Part shown: piece after piece, positions 26,649-36,004 of the stretch
Numbering within the stretch: position 1 is the stretch's first letter
Layout of the letters: every line of letters starts with the position of its first letter
Source: Dehalococcoidia bacterium
GTDB lineage: Bacteria > Chloroflexota > Dehalococcoidia > Lucifugimonadales > Australimonadaceae
Assembly (NCBI GenBank): GCA_965200975.1
Contig: OZ241740.1
Coordinates: 1,282,636-1,346,635, forward strand
Direction: 5' to 3'
Length of the DNA: 64,000 bases
Made by a program: the position numbers and the translations under genes
Notes under the pieces: generated by a model
Seen by the model: only the letters and a program-made list of their open reading frames with translations
Told to the model about the DNA's origin: nothing
Database searches by the model: none

Positions 26649-27800
26649 GTGCAGTTCGTCTACTTTCACCTGATGCCGTGGCCGCACCTCGACGATGCGT
26701 TCGAGACGGAGCGGTCGGCGTGGGTTACCTACTCCAACGCCAACTACGACCCGCAACTCGGCGCCGAGCTTTACGAGCAGTACCTGGAGCAGCTCGTCTA
26801 CGCCGAGGAGCTCGGGTTCGACGCCATCGCGGTCAACGAGCATCACCAGACCGCGTACGGCCTAATGCCGTCGCCCGACGTCATTGCGTCGTACCTCGTG
26901 GCGCGGACGCGCAGCGCGAAGATCGCCATTCTGGGGAACGCCACGCCCTTGCGGGACCATCCGCTCCGCATTGCGGAGGAGGTGGCGATGATGGACGTGA
27001 TCAGCGGAGGGCGCATCATCTGCGGGTTCGTGCGAGGCATTGGCCCGGAGTACCACAACTTCTCGATGAACCCCGCCACCAGCCTGGAGCGCTTTCGCGA
27101 GGCGCACGACCTCATTGTCGAGTCGTGGACGCGCCCCGGGCCCTTCCGGTGGGAAGGCAAGCACTACCGGTTCGAATACGTCAATCCGTGGCCGCGCCCC
27201 TTGCAGCAGCCTCACCCGCCGGTGTGGATACCGTCGCAGGGCAGCGGCGAGACGATCGATTGGGCCGCGGAGCGCGGCTACACGTTCATCGTAACGTTCA
27301 CGCCCTTCCGCAACGTAGCGCGGTTTATGGGCCAGTACCGGGAGGCGGCCAGAGGGTTCGGCTACGAGGCGGCGCCGGAGCAGATGGGCTGGGCGCTGCC
27401 TGTATACGTCGGCGCGACCGACGAGTCCGCCATAGCGGAGGCTCGCCCGCACGCGGAGTACCTGTTCAACCAGCTCGTGCGGCGTCCGCTGCCGGTATTC
27501 TTCCCGCCCGGCTACCTGAGCGACAGCTCGGCCAAAGCGGTGCTCCGCGCCTTCTCGACTATCGGCACCCAGCGTACGACTATCGAGCAGCTGAACGACA
27601 ACTCGCAGATCATCGTCGGCTCCGCCGAGTCGGTTACGCGCCGTCTGCGCGAGTGCATTGATGAGTCGGGGATCGGCACGCTCGTGCTGCTCCCGCAGTT
27701 TGGGTCGATGCGTCACGAGCAGACCACCGCCAACGCGGAGCGCATCGCGGAGCATGTGCTGCCCGCGCTTCGCAGCCACGTCAGCGCCGTGTACCGGTAG
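26649..27800 (+). CDS. LLM-class (luciferase-like) flavin-dependent oxidoreductase
   Basis: Long ORF 26052..27800 trimmed to GTG 26649 (VQFVYFHLMPWPHL...AIAVNEHHQTAYGLMPSP), 5 nt after the upstream stop. The upstream 200 codons are Arg-rich overlap with the hydrolase gene. Confidence 0.8.
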   Translation: MQFVYFHLMPWPHLDDAFETERSAWVTYSNANYDPQLGAELYEQYLEQLVYAEELGFDAIAVNEHHQTAYGLMPSPDVIASYLVARTRSAKIAILGNATPLRDHPLRIAEEVAMMDVISGGRIICGFVRGIGPEYHNFSMNPATSLERFREAHDLIVESWTRPGPFRWEGKHYRFEYVNPWPRPLQQPHPPVWIPSQGSGETIDWAAERGYTFIVTFTPFRNVARFMGQYREAARGFGYEAAPEQMGWALPVYVGATDESAIAEARPHAEYLFNQLVRRPLPVFFPPGYLSDSSAKAVLRAFSTIGTQRTTIEQLNDNSQIIVGSAESVTRRLRECIDESGIGTLVLLPQFGSMRHEQTTANAERIAEHVLPALRSHVSAVYR

Positions 27801-27830
27801 CAGGTGGGGACGGCGGCCTCAGCGGCGCCG

Positions 27831-28760
27831 TCAGGAGCGCGCCGGCGCGGGGTTGGGGAGGTCCATTCCGAGGGTGCTGGGGAAGATTTGGGCGAGCTCG
27901 GCGACGCTCCAGCGATCCGGCCCGGGTTTGACGATGGCGCGGCCAGGAGCAGGGTGCGACATAAGGCCGACCAGCCCGCCGCTCACGTAGAAGATCTGCC
28001 CGTTGACATCGGCTGCGTCGTCGGAGCAGAGCCACACGACAACCGGGGCGATCGCCTCGGGCGGGCGGGGGCGTGGTGCGGGGGCGGCGAACGACGCCGA
28101 AGCGATGCCGGACTGCGCGCGCAATTCGCGCGCCTCGTCGGGCACTGACTGCGTCATGCGGGTGTCGGCGGAAGGAGAGATGGCGTTGCATGTAACGCCG
28201 TACTGTCCCAGGTCGCGCGCGGCGACGCGGACGAGTCCCGCCACGCCGTCCTTGGCGGCGCCGTAGTTGGCCTGTCCGGAGTTGCCCCAGAGGCCGGAGG
28301 TCGAGGTGAAGGCGATGATGCGCCCGGAGCGTTGGGCGCGCATCAGCGGGCTCACGTGCCGAATGAGGTTGAAGTGTCCCTTGAGATGCACGGCGATAAC
28401 AGCGTCCCACTCGTCTTTGGTCATATTGAAGACCATGCGGTCGCGCAGGATGCCGGCGGGGTTGACGAGGATGTCGATACGGCCGAACTCGTCGATGACC
28501 GACTGCACGATGCGGCCTGCGCTGTCGAAGTCGGCGATAGACTGGTAGTTCGCGATCGCCCTGCCGCCTCCTTCGCCAATCTCGCTGACCACTTCGTCGG
28601 CAGGGCCCGAGGAAGGTTCGCCGCCGGCGAGCGAGACGCCAAGGTCGTTCACGACCACATCGGCGCCGTAGGCGGCCAGGAGCGCGGCGATCCCCTTGCC
28701 CACGCCGCGTCCGCCCCCGGTGACGAGCGCAACCTTGCCGGCGAGCATCTGCTCAGGCAT
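27831..28760 (-). CDS. SDR family oxidoreductase (about 300-aa long form)
   Basis: 309 aa with VTGGGRGVGKGIA and YGAAKDGV (YxxxK). Confidence 0.85.
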   Translation of the reverse strand: MPEQMLAGKVALVTGGGRGVGKGIAALLAAYGADVVVNDLGVSLAGGEPSSGPADEVVSEIGEGGGRAIANYQSIADFDSAGRIVQSVIDEFGRIDILVNPAGILRDRMVFNMTKDEWDAVIAVHLKGHFNLIRHVSPLMRAQRSGRIIAFTSTSGLWGNSGQANYGAAKDGVAGLVRVAARDLGQYGVTCNAISPSADTRMTQSVPDEARELRAQSGIASASFAAPAPRPRPPEAIAPVVVWLCSDDAADVNGQIFYVSGGLVGLMSHPAPGRAIVKPGPDRWSVAELAQIFPSTLGMDLPNPAPARS

Positions 28761-29682
28761 CGCGCGGCCTCGGAGGAGCAGGATTTGCGACGCCCTTCAC
28801 GAGTTCGCCGGGGATCAGCTCTTGCAGCTCCTCGACGGAGAAGAACCCTTTTTCGCGGACGATGCTGCGCTCGAGGCGCGGCTGCGACATAAGCGCCACC
28901 GTGTTGCCGTACACGTAGAAGAACTGCCCGTTGACGCGGGAAGCAAAATCGCTTGCGAGGTAAGCGACGAACGGAGCGACGCCCTCCGGGTCGTGAGCGA
29001 CGGCCTGCGAGCCGAGCGCCGCCCGTGCGATGCCTCGTTCGGAGCGTCGCGCCCTGGCCTCGTCGGTTACGCTTCCGGTCATGCGGGTTGCGGCGACAGG
29101 GACGATGCAGTTGCAGGTTACGCCGTAGCGTCCCATATCGCGGGCCGTAACCTTGGTCAAGCCGCCGATGCCGGACTTTGCAGCGCCGTAGTTCGCCTGG
29201 CCGGGATTACCGACGAGGCCGGAAGTGGAGCTGACGGCGACGATGCGTCCCGAACGGCGCGGGCGCATGTAGGCGCACGCGTGCCGCAGAACGTTGAACG
29301 TGCCGGTGAGGTGAACGTCGATGACGTCATCCCATTCCTCTTCGGTCATATTGAAGACCATGCGGTCGCGCAGGACGCCGTGGGCGGTCACCACGATGTC
29401 GAGCCCGCCGAACGAGTCGACAGCCTGCTGGACGAGGCGCTCGCCCGCGTCGAAGCTCGTAACGGAGTCGTAGGAGGTTACGGCGTTGCCGCCGGCTGCG
29501 GCGATAGTTGCGGCTACGGCGTCGGCGGGGGAGGGCGACTCGCCGGAGCCGTCGAGGGCGCGTCCGGGGTCGTTGACGACGACCGAGGCGCCTTCGGTTG
29601 CAAGGAACCGCGCGATGCTGCTTCCGATGCCGCCGCCTGCGCCGGTTACGAGAGCAGTCTTGCCCGCGAGGGAGTCTCCCAT
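28753..29682 (-). CDS. SDR family oxidoreductase, tandem paralogue of 27831..28760
   Basis: ORF trimmed to MGDSLAGKTALVTGAGGGIGSSIA (ATG 29682) with YGAAKSGI. Its stop overlaps the downstream start by 8 nt. Confidence 0.85.
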   Translation of the reverse strand: MGDSLAGKTALVTGAGGGIGSSIARFLATEGASVVVNDPGRALDGSGESPSPADAVAATIAAAGGNAVTSYDSVTSFDAGERLVQQAVDSFGGLDIVVTAHGVLRDRMVFNMTEEEWDDVIDVHLTGTFNVLRHACAYMRPRRSGRIVAVSSTSGLVGNPGQANYGAAKSGIGGLTKVTARDMGRYGVTCNCIVPVAATRMTGSVTDEARARRSERGIARAALGSQAVAHDPEGVAPFVAYLASDFASRVNGQFFYVYGNTVALMSQPRLERSIVREKGFFSVEELQELIPGELVKGVANPAPPRPRDA

Positions 29683-29758
29683 AGGCGGGAGTGTACCACT
29701 ACAGCCGTCGCATTCCGGCTCGCTCTCCCCCAAGTAGATGTAGCTACTCAGATCCTCC

Positions 29759-29811
29759 CAGGGGGTCTGGGGGAGCGGACGCTCTCCCAGCAGCGCGCCA
29801 GCGCTGACGCC
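29759..29811. repeat. REP-like palindromic element, single copy
   Basis: CAGGGGGTCTGGGGGAGCGGACGCTCTCCCAGCAGCGCGCCAGCGCTGACGCC is near-identical to the terminal unit at 34698..34750. The core is an 11-bp-stem hairpin. Confidence 0.75.
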
Positions 29812-29865
29812 CCTCGTCCGCCGCTATCGCGAGCCAGCCCGCTAGCGCGAAAGTAGAGCCGGCTG

Positions 29866-30831
29866 CTACACAGCGTCGGCGGCGAGCGCGATCGCGCCGA
29901 GAGCGCCGGCGTCGGCGCCGAGGGCGGGGGGGACTACCGGGATGAGCTTGCCGATGCCTGCGAACGACTGCTCGCGCATCAACGCGACGGCGGGCGCGAT
30001 GTAGGCGTCCCATTCGTTCGAGAGTCCGCCGCCGATGATGACTTTCCCCGGGTTGAGCAGGTTGACGATGCTCGTGAGTCCGCCGCCGAGATAGACGATT
30101 GCGTCGTCGATGATGGAGCGCGCGAGCGGGTCGCCTGCGCGGCTGGCGGCGAACACGTCCTGCGCATTGATCGCTCCCTTGCTCGTGTCGTGCAGGACCG
30201 CGCGCAAGGAAGAGCGTTCACCCGCTTCGATGCGCTCACGGGCGATGCGGGCGAGGGCCGTGCCGGCGGCGAGCGCCTCCCAGGCGCCGGGAGTCGTGCT
30301 CGATCCGTAGGGCCCGCGGGCGTCGACCGTCATATGGCCCACCTCGCCGGCGTAGCCGCCCGCGCCGGTGTAGAGGCGTCCGCCAATGATGACGCCGCCG
30401 CCGATTCCGGTGCTGATGGTGAGGAAGACGAGGTTGCTTGCGCCCGCGCCCGCGCCGTAGCGCTGTTCGCCAAGCGCGGCGAGGTTGGCGTCGTTGCCGA
30501 TGACCACGCGCATGCCGAGCCGTTCGGCGAGCATCGGCGCGACCGGAGTGTTCGACATCGCCGGGACGTGGGGCGAGTGCACGATGACCCCTTCGCCGGC
30601 GTCGATGGCGCCCGCGGCGGCGACGCCCGCCGCGTCGACGCTGCCCGCGTCCGCCCCGGCGCTCGCCATTGCGGCGCGGGCGGCGTCGGCCATCGCCTCG
30701 ACGATGACTGCGGCGGAGTTGCTGCGCGGCGTCTCGGCGACTTCCGAGGCGAGCGGGACGCCGTCGCGAGCGGCGACGAGCGCGAGGATCTTGGTGCCGC
30801 CGAGGTCGATGCCGAGGAAGACGTCAGTCAT
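29866..30831 (-). CDS. ROK family sugar kinase (glucokinase-like)
   Basis: ORF trimmed to MTDVFLGIDLGGTKI (ATG 30831). Carries the ROK-type ATP-binding start and GGGVIIGGRLYTGAGGYAGEVGH. Confidence 0.85.
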   Translation of the reverse strand: MTDVFLGIDLGGTKILALVAARDGVPLASEVAETPRSNSAAVIVEAMADAARAAMASAGADAGSVDAAGVAAAGAIDAGEGVIVHSPHVPAMSNTPVAPMLAERLGMRVVIGNDANLAALGEQRYGAGAGASNLVFLTISTGIGGGVIIGGRLYTGAGGYAGEVGHMTVDARGPYGSSTTPGAWEALAAGTALARIARERIEAGERSSLRAVLHDTSKGAINAQDVFAASRAGDPLARSIIDDAIVYLGGGLTSIVNLLNPGKVIIGGGLSNEWDAYIAPAVALMREQSFAGIGKLIPVVPPALGADAGALGAIALAADAV

Positions 30832-32131
30832 CGGACTTCTCCCGGGCCGGCGGAGCTCCTGCGAAGGAGGCGCGGCTTCCGGCGCCCGCAAGCGAGTTCA
30901 TCAGCCGGAGATGATCATGCAGCAGGCGGGTAGTGAGGAAGTGCTCGCGGACGTGCTCTCTCGCGACGTTGCCGAGCGCGTCGCGCTCCTGGGGTTCGTC
31001 GAGGAGTCGGCCTATGGCGCTGGCGAACTCCTGAGTGGTCGTCGCAATCTTGCCGGCGCGGCCATAGTCGAGCTGCAACGGAATGCCGCCGGCTTCGCTG
31101 CCTACGAACGCCTTGGACTTCCAGAGCGCCTCGGAGATGACGAGGCCGAACCCTTCGCGGATGGACTTCTGGATGACAACGTCGGCGGCGCGCTGAAAGG
31201 CGTTGACTTCGAGATTGCCGACGCCGTTGAGGTTGGTGAGGATGTGAATGTCGTAGTCTTCGCCGGCCTTGCGAATGATGCGCTCGTAGAACGACCACGC
31301 TTCGGGGTCGTCGTTGGCCATGGCGGCGACCATCAGGAGCTGGAGTTCGGGCCGCTGCTCTTTGAGGATGCGGTAGACGTCCACGACGCCGAGAGGGTCT
31401 TTCCACGGGTCGAACCGGGAGATCTGGGCGATGAGCGGCCTGTCCGGGTCGATCTCGTACCGGTTGAGGATGTGCCGAACGACCTCCGGGGCGATGTCGG
31501 AGTTCTTGGTGCTGGTGGGGTCGATGGCCGGCCAGATGACGGCCAATTCCGGGCCGGGGAGCGCCTCCTTGACGTACTCGCGCATAGTGAAGACGAGGGA
31601 GTCGTAGATGCTGATGTAGCTTCGGAGGAAGCCCCACACTTCGGGGAGGGCGTCGGTGGTGTCGAGGTGGCACCGCCATATCCACTTGGCGCCCAGCAGG
31701 TCGGGATCGCGCTCTCTGAGGAAGTGGAGAATGCCAGCAGGCTGGGGGTCGTGAATGTAGACGAAGTCGTACTGCCCGGCCATCGCCGCGGCGTTGGCGC
31801 GGTTCGTGTCGCGCCAGAGGTCGGCCATCGTCTTGTTCCAGGGGATGTACATTCCCTGCATGGCGTTGTGCATGCTCTTGGTGACGTTGAAGAACTCCGG
31901 AGTGGCGTCCATCACATGCCACTCGGCGTTGACGCCGAGGTTGCAGAGCAGGGGGATGAAGCTGTTGAGTATCTCGGCGACGCCGCCGCCGAAAGCGGTG
32001 GCGTTGAGGTGAAGCACGCGGGCCCCGCGGAGCGGATCCGCGAGCCGCAGAATCTCCTCCATGCGCTGCTCGCTGATGATCGGAGCGTACTCGGCGATGG
32101 ATTTCGCGGTTACGGGGACGGGGGTAGGCAT
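30824..32131 (-). CDS. TreT-like (trehalose synthase-type) GT4 glycosyltransferase
   Basis: Long ORF trimmed to MPTPVPVTAKS (ATG 32131, TAATG junction with the upstream gene). LHLNATAFGGGVAEILNSFIPLL...FFNVTKSMHNAMQG resembles TreT N-termini. 435 aa. Confidence 0.75.
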   Translation of the reverse strand: MPTPVPVTAKSIAEYAPIISEQRMEEILRLADPLRGARVLHLNATAFGGGVAEILNSFIPLLCNLGVNAEWHVMDATPEFFNVTKSMHNAMQGMYIPWNKTMADLWRDTNRANAAAMAGQYDFVYIHDPQPAGILHFLRERDPDLLGAKWIWRCHLDTTDALPEVWGFLRSYISIYDSLVFTMREYVKEALPGPELAVIWPAIDPTSTKNSDIAPEVVRHILNRYEIDPDRPLIAQISRFDPWKDPLGVVDVYRILKEQRPELQLLMVAAMANDDPEAWSFYERIIRKAGEDYDIHILTNLNGVGNLEVNAFQRAADVVIQKSIREGFGLVISEALWKSKAFVGSEAGGIPLQLDYGRAGKIATTTQEFASAIGRLLDEPQERDALGNVAREHVREHFLTTRLLHDHLRLMNSLAGAGSRASFAGAPPAREKSDD

Positions 32132-33396
32132 TAGCGGGAGGCGCTGCGGCTGCGTTCGAGGAGTTGCTGAAAAACGCTGAGGCAGCCTGCAAGGTAGTGA
32201 GTGATGAGATGGCGGCGGCTGATGTACTCGTGGGCTGCCTGCCCGATGGCGGCGGCGTCGTCCGGGCGGCTGAGCAGGCGGTCGACGGCTGCGGCCTGCT
32301 CCTCGGGCGTGTTGGCGATGAGGCCGGTCTCGCCGTCGATGAGCAGCGCTTCGGAGGAGGAGCTGTCGGCGCTGACGATGGGGCGGGACTGCCACATCTC
32401 CTCCATGAGGCCGGTGGAGATGCTGCGCGAGTAGCCTTCGTGGATGAGCACCGTCGCCTTCTCGCGGAGCGCGGAGAGCTCGACGTTGCCGACGCGGTCC
32501 ATATCGGTGAGCAGCAAGACGTCGCCGATCTCCCTGCCGCGCTCCAGCTGCTCGTTGACGAGGTCGATCGAGGCAGGCCCGGCTTGAAAGTTGACGATAA
32601 CGAGCTGGAGATCCGGGCGGTCGCGCTTGAGAAGGGCGAAAGCGTCGAGCAGGCGATGAGGGTTGTCTTCGCGAAGGCTGAGCACTATCTGGGCAAGTAT
32701 GGGCCGGCTGGTGTCGAGTCCGCGCTGCGCCAGTATCGTCTCGCGAACAACGTCGGCGACGGGGAGCGAGCGCGGGCTTAGCGGGTCGATCCCCGGGAGG
32801 ACGACGAACGTCTGCCGCGACGGAGCGTCGGGGCGGATGAAGCCGTCGTAGTCGTAGATGGAGGCGTCGAAGCTGTCGGCGTGCTGGCGAATGAGCGACC
32901 AGGCCTGCGGGTTCGCGGCGCGGTAGTCGCGGTGCGAGTCCCACAGCCACAGGCCAGCAGGGGCTTTCCCCTGCAGTTGCGTGAGCGCGGCGTGAAGGCC
33001 GACCGAGGCGGTGTGATGCACAACGACGATGTCGAACTCCTCGTCGAACATCTGCGCGTTGGACAGGTTGAACTGTCGCCATGTCTGCTCGGCGCGTTCG
33101 TTCCATGCCGCGTTGTAGCCGGAGAGGGCGCGCCGCAGCGCGTCGTCCGTCTCCAGGTGCTCGGCAGAGATGCGCGCCTGCTGCCAGTGGACATCAAGCC
33201 CAAGGTCGGCTAACAGAGGGACGGAGCTCTGAAGGAGGCTGCGGACGGCGATGCTGGCGGCGGGGGAGGAGAGATGGAGGACGCGGAGCCCGGCGAGCGG
33301 AGCGGCTGCCGCGCGGAGTTCGTCGATAGCTTGCTGGCCGGCGAACCCACGGTAGTCGATGATGGAGTGTGTGCTGGTGGCGACGCTGCCGAACAA
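32131..33396 (-). CDS. TreT-like glycosyltransferase paralogue with diverged N-terminal motif
   Basis: 421 aa. Collinear with the downstream paralogue (LRVLHLSSPAASIAVRSLLQSSVPLLADLGLDVHW), but GGGVAEIL is replaced by AASIAVRSL. Confidence 0.7.
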   Translation of the reverse strand: MFGSVATSTHSIIDYRGFAGQQAIDELRAAAAPLAGLRVLHLSSPAASIAVRSLLQSSVPLLADLGLDVHWQQARISAEHLETDDALRRALSGYNAAWNERAEQTWRQFNLSNAQMFDEEFDIVVVHHTASVGLHAALTQLQGKAPAGLWLWDSHRDYRAANPQAWSLIRQHADSFDASIYDYDGFIRPDAPSRQTFVVLPGIDPLSPRSLPVADVVRETILAQRGLDTSRPILAQIVLSLREDNPHRLLDAFALLKRDRPDLQLVIVNFQAGPASIDLVNEQLERGREIGDVLLLTDMDRVGNVELSALREKATVLIHEGYSRSISTGLMEEMWQSRPIVSADSSSSEALLIDGETGLIANTPEEQAAAVDRLLSRPDDAAAIGQAAHEYISRRHLITHYLAGCLSVFQQLLERSRSASR

Positions 33397-33646
33397 TTCG
33401 TGTTATCCGCCGGGCTCGCAGGCTTGCCGCCAGCGTGCAGAGTGATTATCGGGCGAGCAGAGAGGGCTGGTCAATAACAGTCGCCGCCCTGAACGTTAAG
33501 GGAACGCTGCCGCCGCCCGTCGCGATCGCGCGCCGACTCCCCAACTCTGAACAGATTCGCCCCGCTCTGAACAGCCGCTTCTTGCGCAGAGGCTATAATC
33601 AGCGCGCGAACCCGGCTTCAGCTATCTCGCCACAGGAGGCGCCGTC

Positions 33647-34510
33647 ATGACGAGCTTTGACCGCACTACGCAGGACGTGAGCAACCTCATATCCCTCGAC
33701 CACGTCAATCTCACGATCACCGACCAGCAGGTGTCGACGCTGTTCTACATCGTGGGGATGGGCTTCACGCGCGACCCGTACATGACCGTCGGACTCTCGA
33801 ATATGTGGGTGAACGTTGGGCGGCACCAGTTCCATCTGCCCACCCGCGACACCGCCCAGCAGATCAGGGGGCGCATCGGGCTGGTGGTGCCAAGCATCGA
33901 CGAGCTCGAGGCCCGTCTGGAGAGCGTCGCCGAAGGCCTGGCCGACACGCAGTTCGCGTATGCGCGGTCGGGCGACAACCTCGACGTAACCGGGCCGTGG
34001 GGGAACGAGTTCCGCTGCCATCCGGCGAGCGAGCGGCTCGACGGCGCGCGTCTCGGGCTGGAGTACATCATCTTCAACACCCCGCCGGGGAGCGCCCCGG
34101 GCATCGCGCGCTTCTACTCGCAGATCATCGGCGCGGAAGCGGACGTCGTCGAGAGGCGCGGGGCGCCGGCGGCGCGCGTCGTGGCCGGGCGCCATCAGGC
34201 GATGATCTTCCGCGAGGACGCGGACGAGACTCGCGAGTACGACCGGCATCACATTGCCGTCTACCTCGCCGATTTCTCCGGGCCGCACAAGGCGCTGCTG
34301 GAGCGCGGCCTCGTGTGCGAGGAGAGCAACAGCTCGCAGTACCGGTTCGTGGACATCGTCGACCCCGACACCGGAGAGAAGCTGTACGAGCTCGAGCACG
34401 AGGTACGGAGTATGGTGCATCCGATGTACGGGCGCGAGCTGGTCAACCGCGACACCGCGCAATTGCTCGGGAACTACCGTCGCGGGGCCGACGCCCTGGC
34501 CGTAGGCTGA
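33647..34510 (+). CDS. VOC (glyoxalase/dioxygenase-fold) family protein
   Basis: 287 aa with two beta-alpha-beta-beta-beta-like halves (LDHVNLTI..., LEYIIFNT...). AGGAGG lies 7 nt upstream of the ATG. Confidence 0.65.
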   Translation: MTSFDRTTQDVSNLISLDHVNLTITDQQVSTLFYIVGMGFTRDPYMTVGLSNMWVNVGRHQFHLPTRDTAQQIRGRIGLVVPSIDELEARLESVAEGLADTQFAYARSGDNLDVTGPWGNEFRCHPASERLDGARLGLEYIIFNTPPGSAPGIARFYSQIIGAEADVVERRGAPAARVVAGRHQAMIFREDADETREYDRHHIAVYLADFSGPHKALLERGLVCEESNSSQYRFVDIVDPDTGEKLYELEHEVRSMVHPMYGRELVNRDTAQLLGNYRRGADALAVG

Positions 34511-34526
34511 GCGCCCTCTGAGCTCA

Positions 34527-34750
34527 CCAGGGGTTGCGGGGCAAAGCAATCAGGGGGTCTGGGGGAGCGAACGCTCTCCCAGTTGCGGGGCAAAGCAACC
34601 AGGGGGTCTGGGGAAGCGCACGCTCTCCCAGCAGCCCGGCAAAGCAACCAGGGGGTCTGGGGGAGCGGACGCTCTCCCAGTTGCGGGGCAAAGCACCCAG
34701 GGGGTCTGGGGGAGCGAACGCTCTCCCAGCAGCGCGCCGGAGCTGACGCC
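34527..34750. repeat. tandem array of the REP-like palindromic element (4 units, 49-bp period, plus a partial leading unit)
   Basis: Units start at 34551, 34600, 34649 and 34698: CAGGGGGTCTGGGGGAGCGAACGCTCTCCCAG + TTGCGGGGCAAAGCAAC. Each core folds as CTGGGGGAGCG-AA-CGCTCTCCCAG. The array lies between convergent gene ends. Confidence 0.9.
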
Positions 34751-34788
34751 TCACGCACGCGCCCCCCTCATCGTTGGCGACAGGCGCG

Positions 34789-35898
34789 CTAGTCGCGGAT
34801 GTCCTGCAGGAACCACTCCGTAGGTATCTCGTGGCCGAGCCCCTGGGCCTTGGCGAGCTCGTAGGCGCGGCCTGCGACCGAGAAGAACTGCGCGCCCTGA
34901 ATATTGCCTCGCTCCGAGTAGGTGACGGCGGAGTCGTTTGGCCGGGCGGTCTCGCCCTCGAGCACCTGGTGCAGGAAGACCACGCGGTTCGGGGCGATGA
35001 CGCCGTGGGCGCGTCCGACGCGGCTGCGGGATTGATGGCTGGAGGCGGGACGCCCGCCCGGAGCGTTCGCCTCGTAGGCGATCGACTCGTCGTGGAGAGC
35101 CATATCGGGGATGCCTACCGGCGCGGGGGCGGAGCCGAGCCGCAGGGAGCGGTCGATGCGCTCCATCGCCTCGCCGTCGATGCGCCCGCCGACGCAGGTG
35201 ATGTGCGCGCCGTCCTCGATGTCCTTGCCGAATATCACGGGCTCGACCGCGTCGGTGCATCCTGCGACGATGTGCGCGCCCTTGCAAGCCTCGGCGGCGC
35301 TCTCGACGGGAACGACCTCGACGCCCAGCTTCTGCTCGATTTCGGCGGCGTAGGCTTCGCGGTTCGCCTTCGTGGGGCTGTAGACCTGGATGCGCTTGAT
35401 GTCGCGCACGGCGGCGAACGACTCCGCATGGGTGCGGGCCATTCCGCCGGAGCCGATCATAGCGACGACGGAGGCGTCCTGCCGGGCCATGTAGCCGGCG
35501 CCGATCCCGGAGTCGGCCCCGACCCGCATATGCTGCAGGTAGCCGTCGTTGATAATGGCGAGCGGCTCTCCGTTCTCGACGCTGGTGAGGAGGATGAGGC
35601 CGCAGAAGAGGCCGGGCTGCACGCAGTACTTCTCCTCCGTGCGCGTGCCGCCGTACTCCTGCTCGTACACGACGTCGGACTTCATGCGAATTGCGAAGTA
35701 CCCGGAAGCGGAGCCGCCCTCCATCGTGCCCCACTGATACATCTTGCCCGGGTCGGACGTGGGGATGCGGATGTCGATGCGGGGCCGGCAGACGGCTTCG
35801 GAGGCGGCAAGCTCCTCGTAAGCGTGTTTCAGCGCGTCGATGGTCTCGCCCATCGTAAGCACCTGGGCTATGTCGTCGTTGTTCAGGATAAGAGTCAT
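34789..35898 (-). CDS. ornithine cyclodeaminase / mu-crystallin family protein
   Basis: ORF trimmed to MTLILNNDDIAQVL (ATG 35898). Carries the MIGSGGMARTHAESF Rossmann motif. Confidence 0.85.
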   Translation of the reverse strand: MTLILNNDDIAQVLTMGETIDALKHAYEELAASEAVCRPRIDIRIPTSDPGKMYQWGTMEGGSASGYFAIRMKSDVVYEQEYGGTRTEEKYCVQPGLFCGLILLTSVENGEPLAIINDGYLQHMRVGADSGIGAGYMARQDASVVAMIGSGGMARTHAESFAAVRDIKRIQVYSPTKANREAYAAEIEQKLGVEVVPVESAAEACKGAHIVAGCTDAVEPVIFGKDIEDGAHITCVGGRIDGEAMERIDRSLRLGSAPAPVGIPDMALHDESIAYEANAPGGRPASSHQSRSRVGRAHGVIAPNRVVFLHQVLEGETARPNDSAVTYSERGNIQGAQFFSVAGRAYELAKAQGLGHEIPTEWFLQDIRD

Positions 35899-36004
35899 GG
35901 GGTGCGTCTCCTGCAGGCGGCTCTGCGCCTGGACTATAGCGCAGGGCGCCTCCTCCATGCTCGGAAGAGACGCCCTGGTTGAGTAGTAGTTGCGGGCCCG
36001 GCTC

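Noticed and set aside
33545-33599. Direct repeat CTCTGAACAG x2 (33545..33554 and 33565..33574, 20-bp spacing) followed by a perfect TATAAT (33594..33599), about 48 nt upstream of the VOC gene. Considered as a promoter plus operator.
   Set aside because: No acceptable -35 lies at 16-19 bp (TGAACA would be 20 nt away), and a 10-bp repeat pair alone is weak evidence. It is plausible but cannot be supported without transcript mapping.
34527-34750. The tandem repeats could be a CRISPR array.
   Set aside because: The 17-nt segments between cores are themselves repeated and are not unique spacers. The 49-bp period is too short, the repeat is a strong palindrome present in single copies elsewhere, and no cas genes are in the window.
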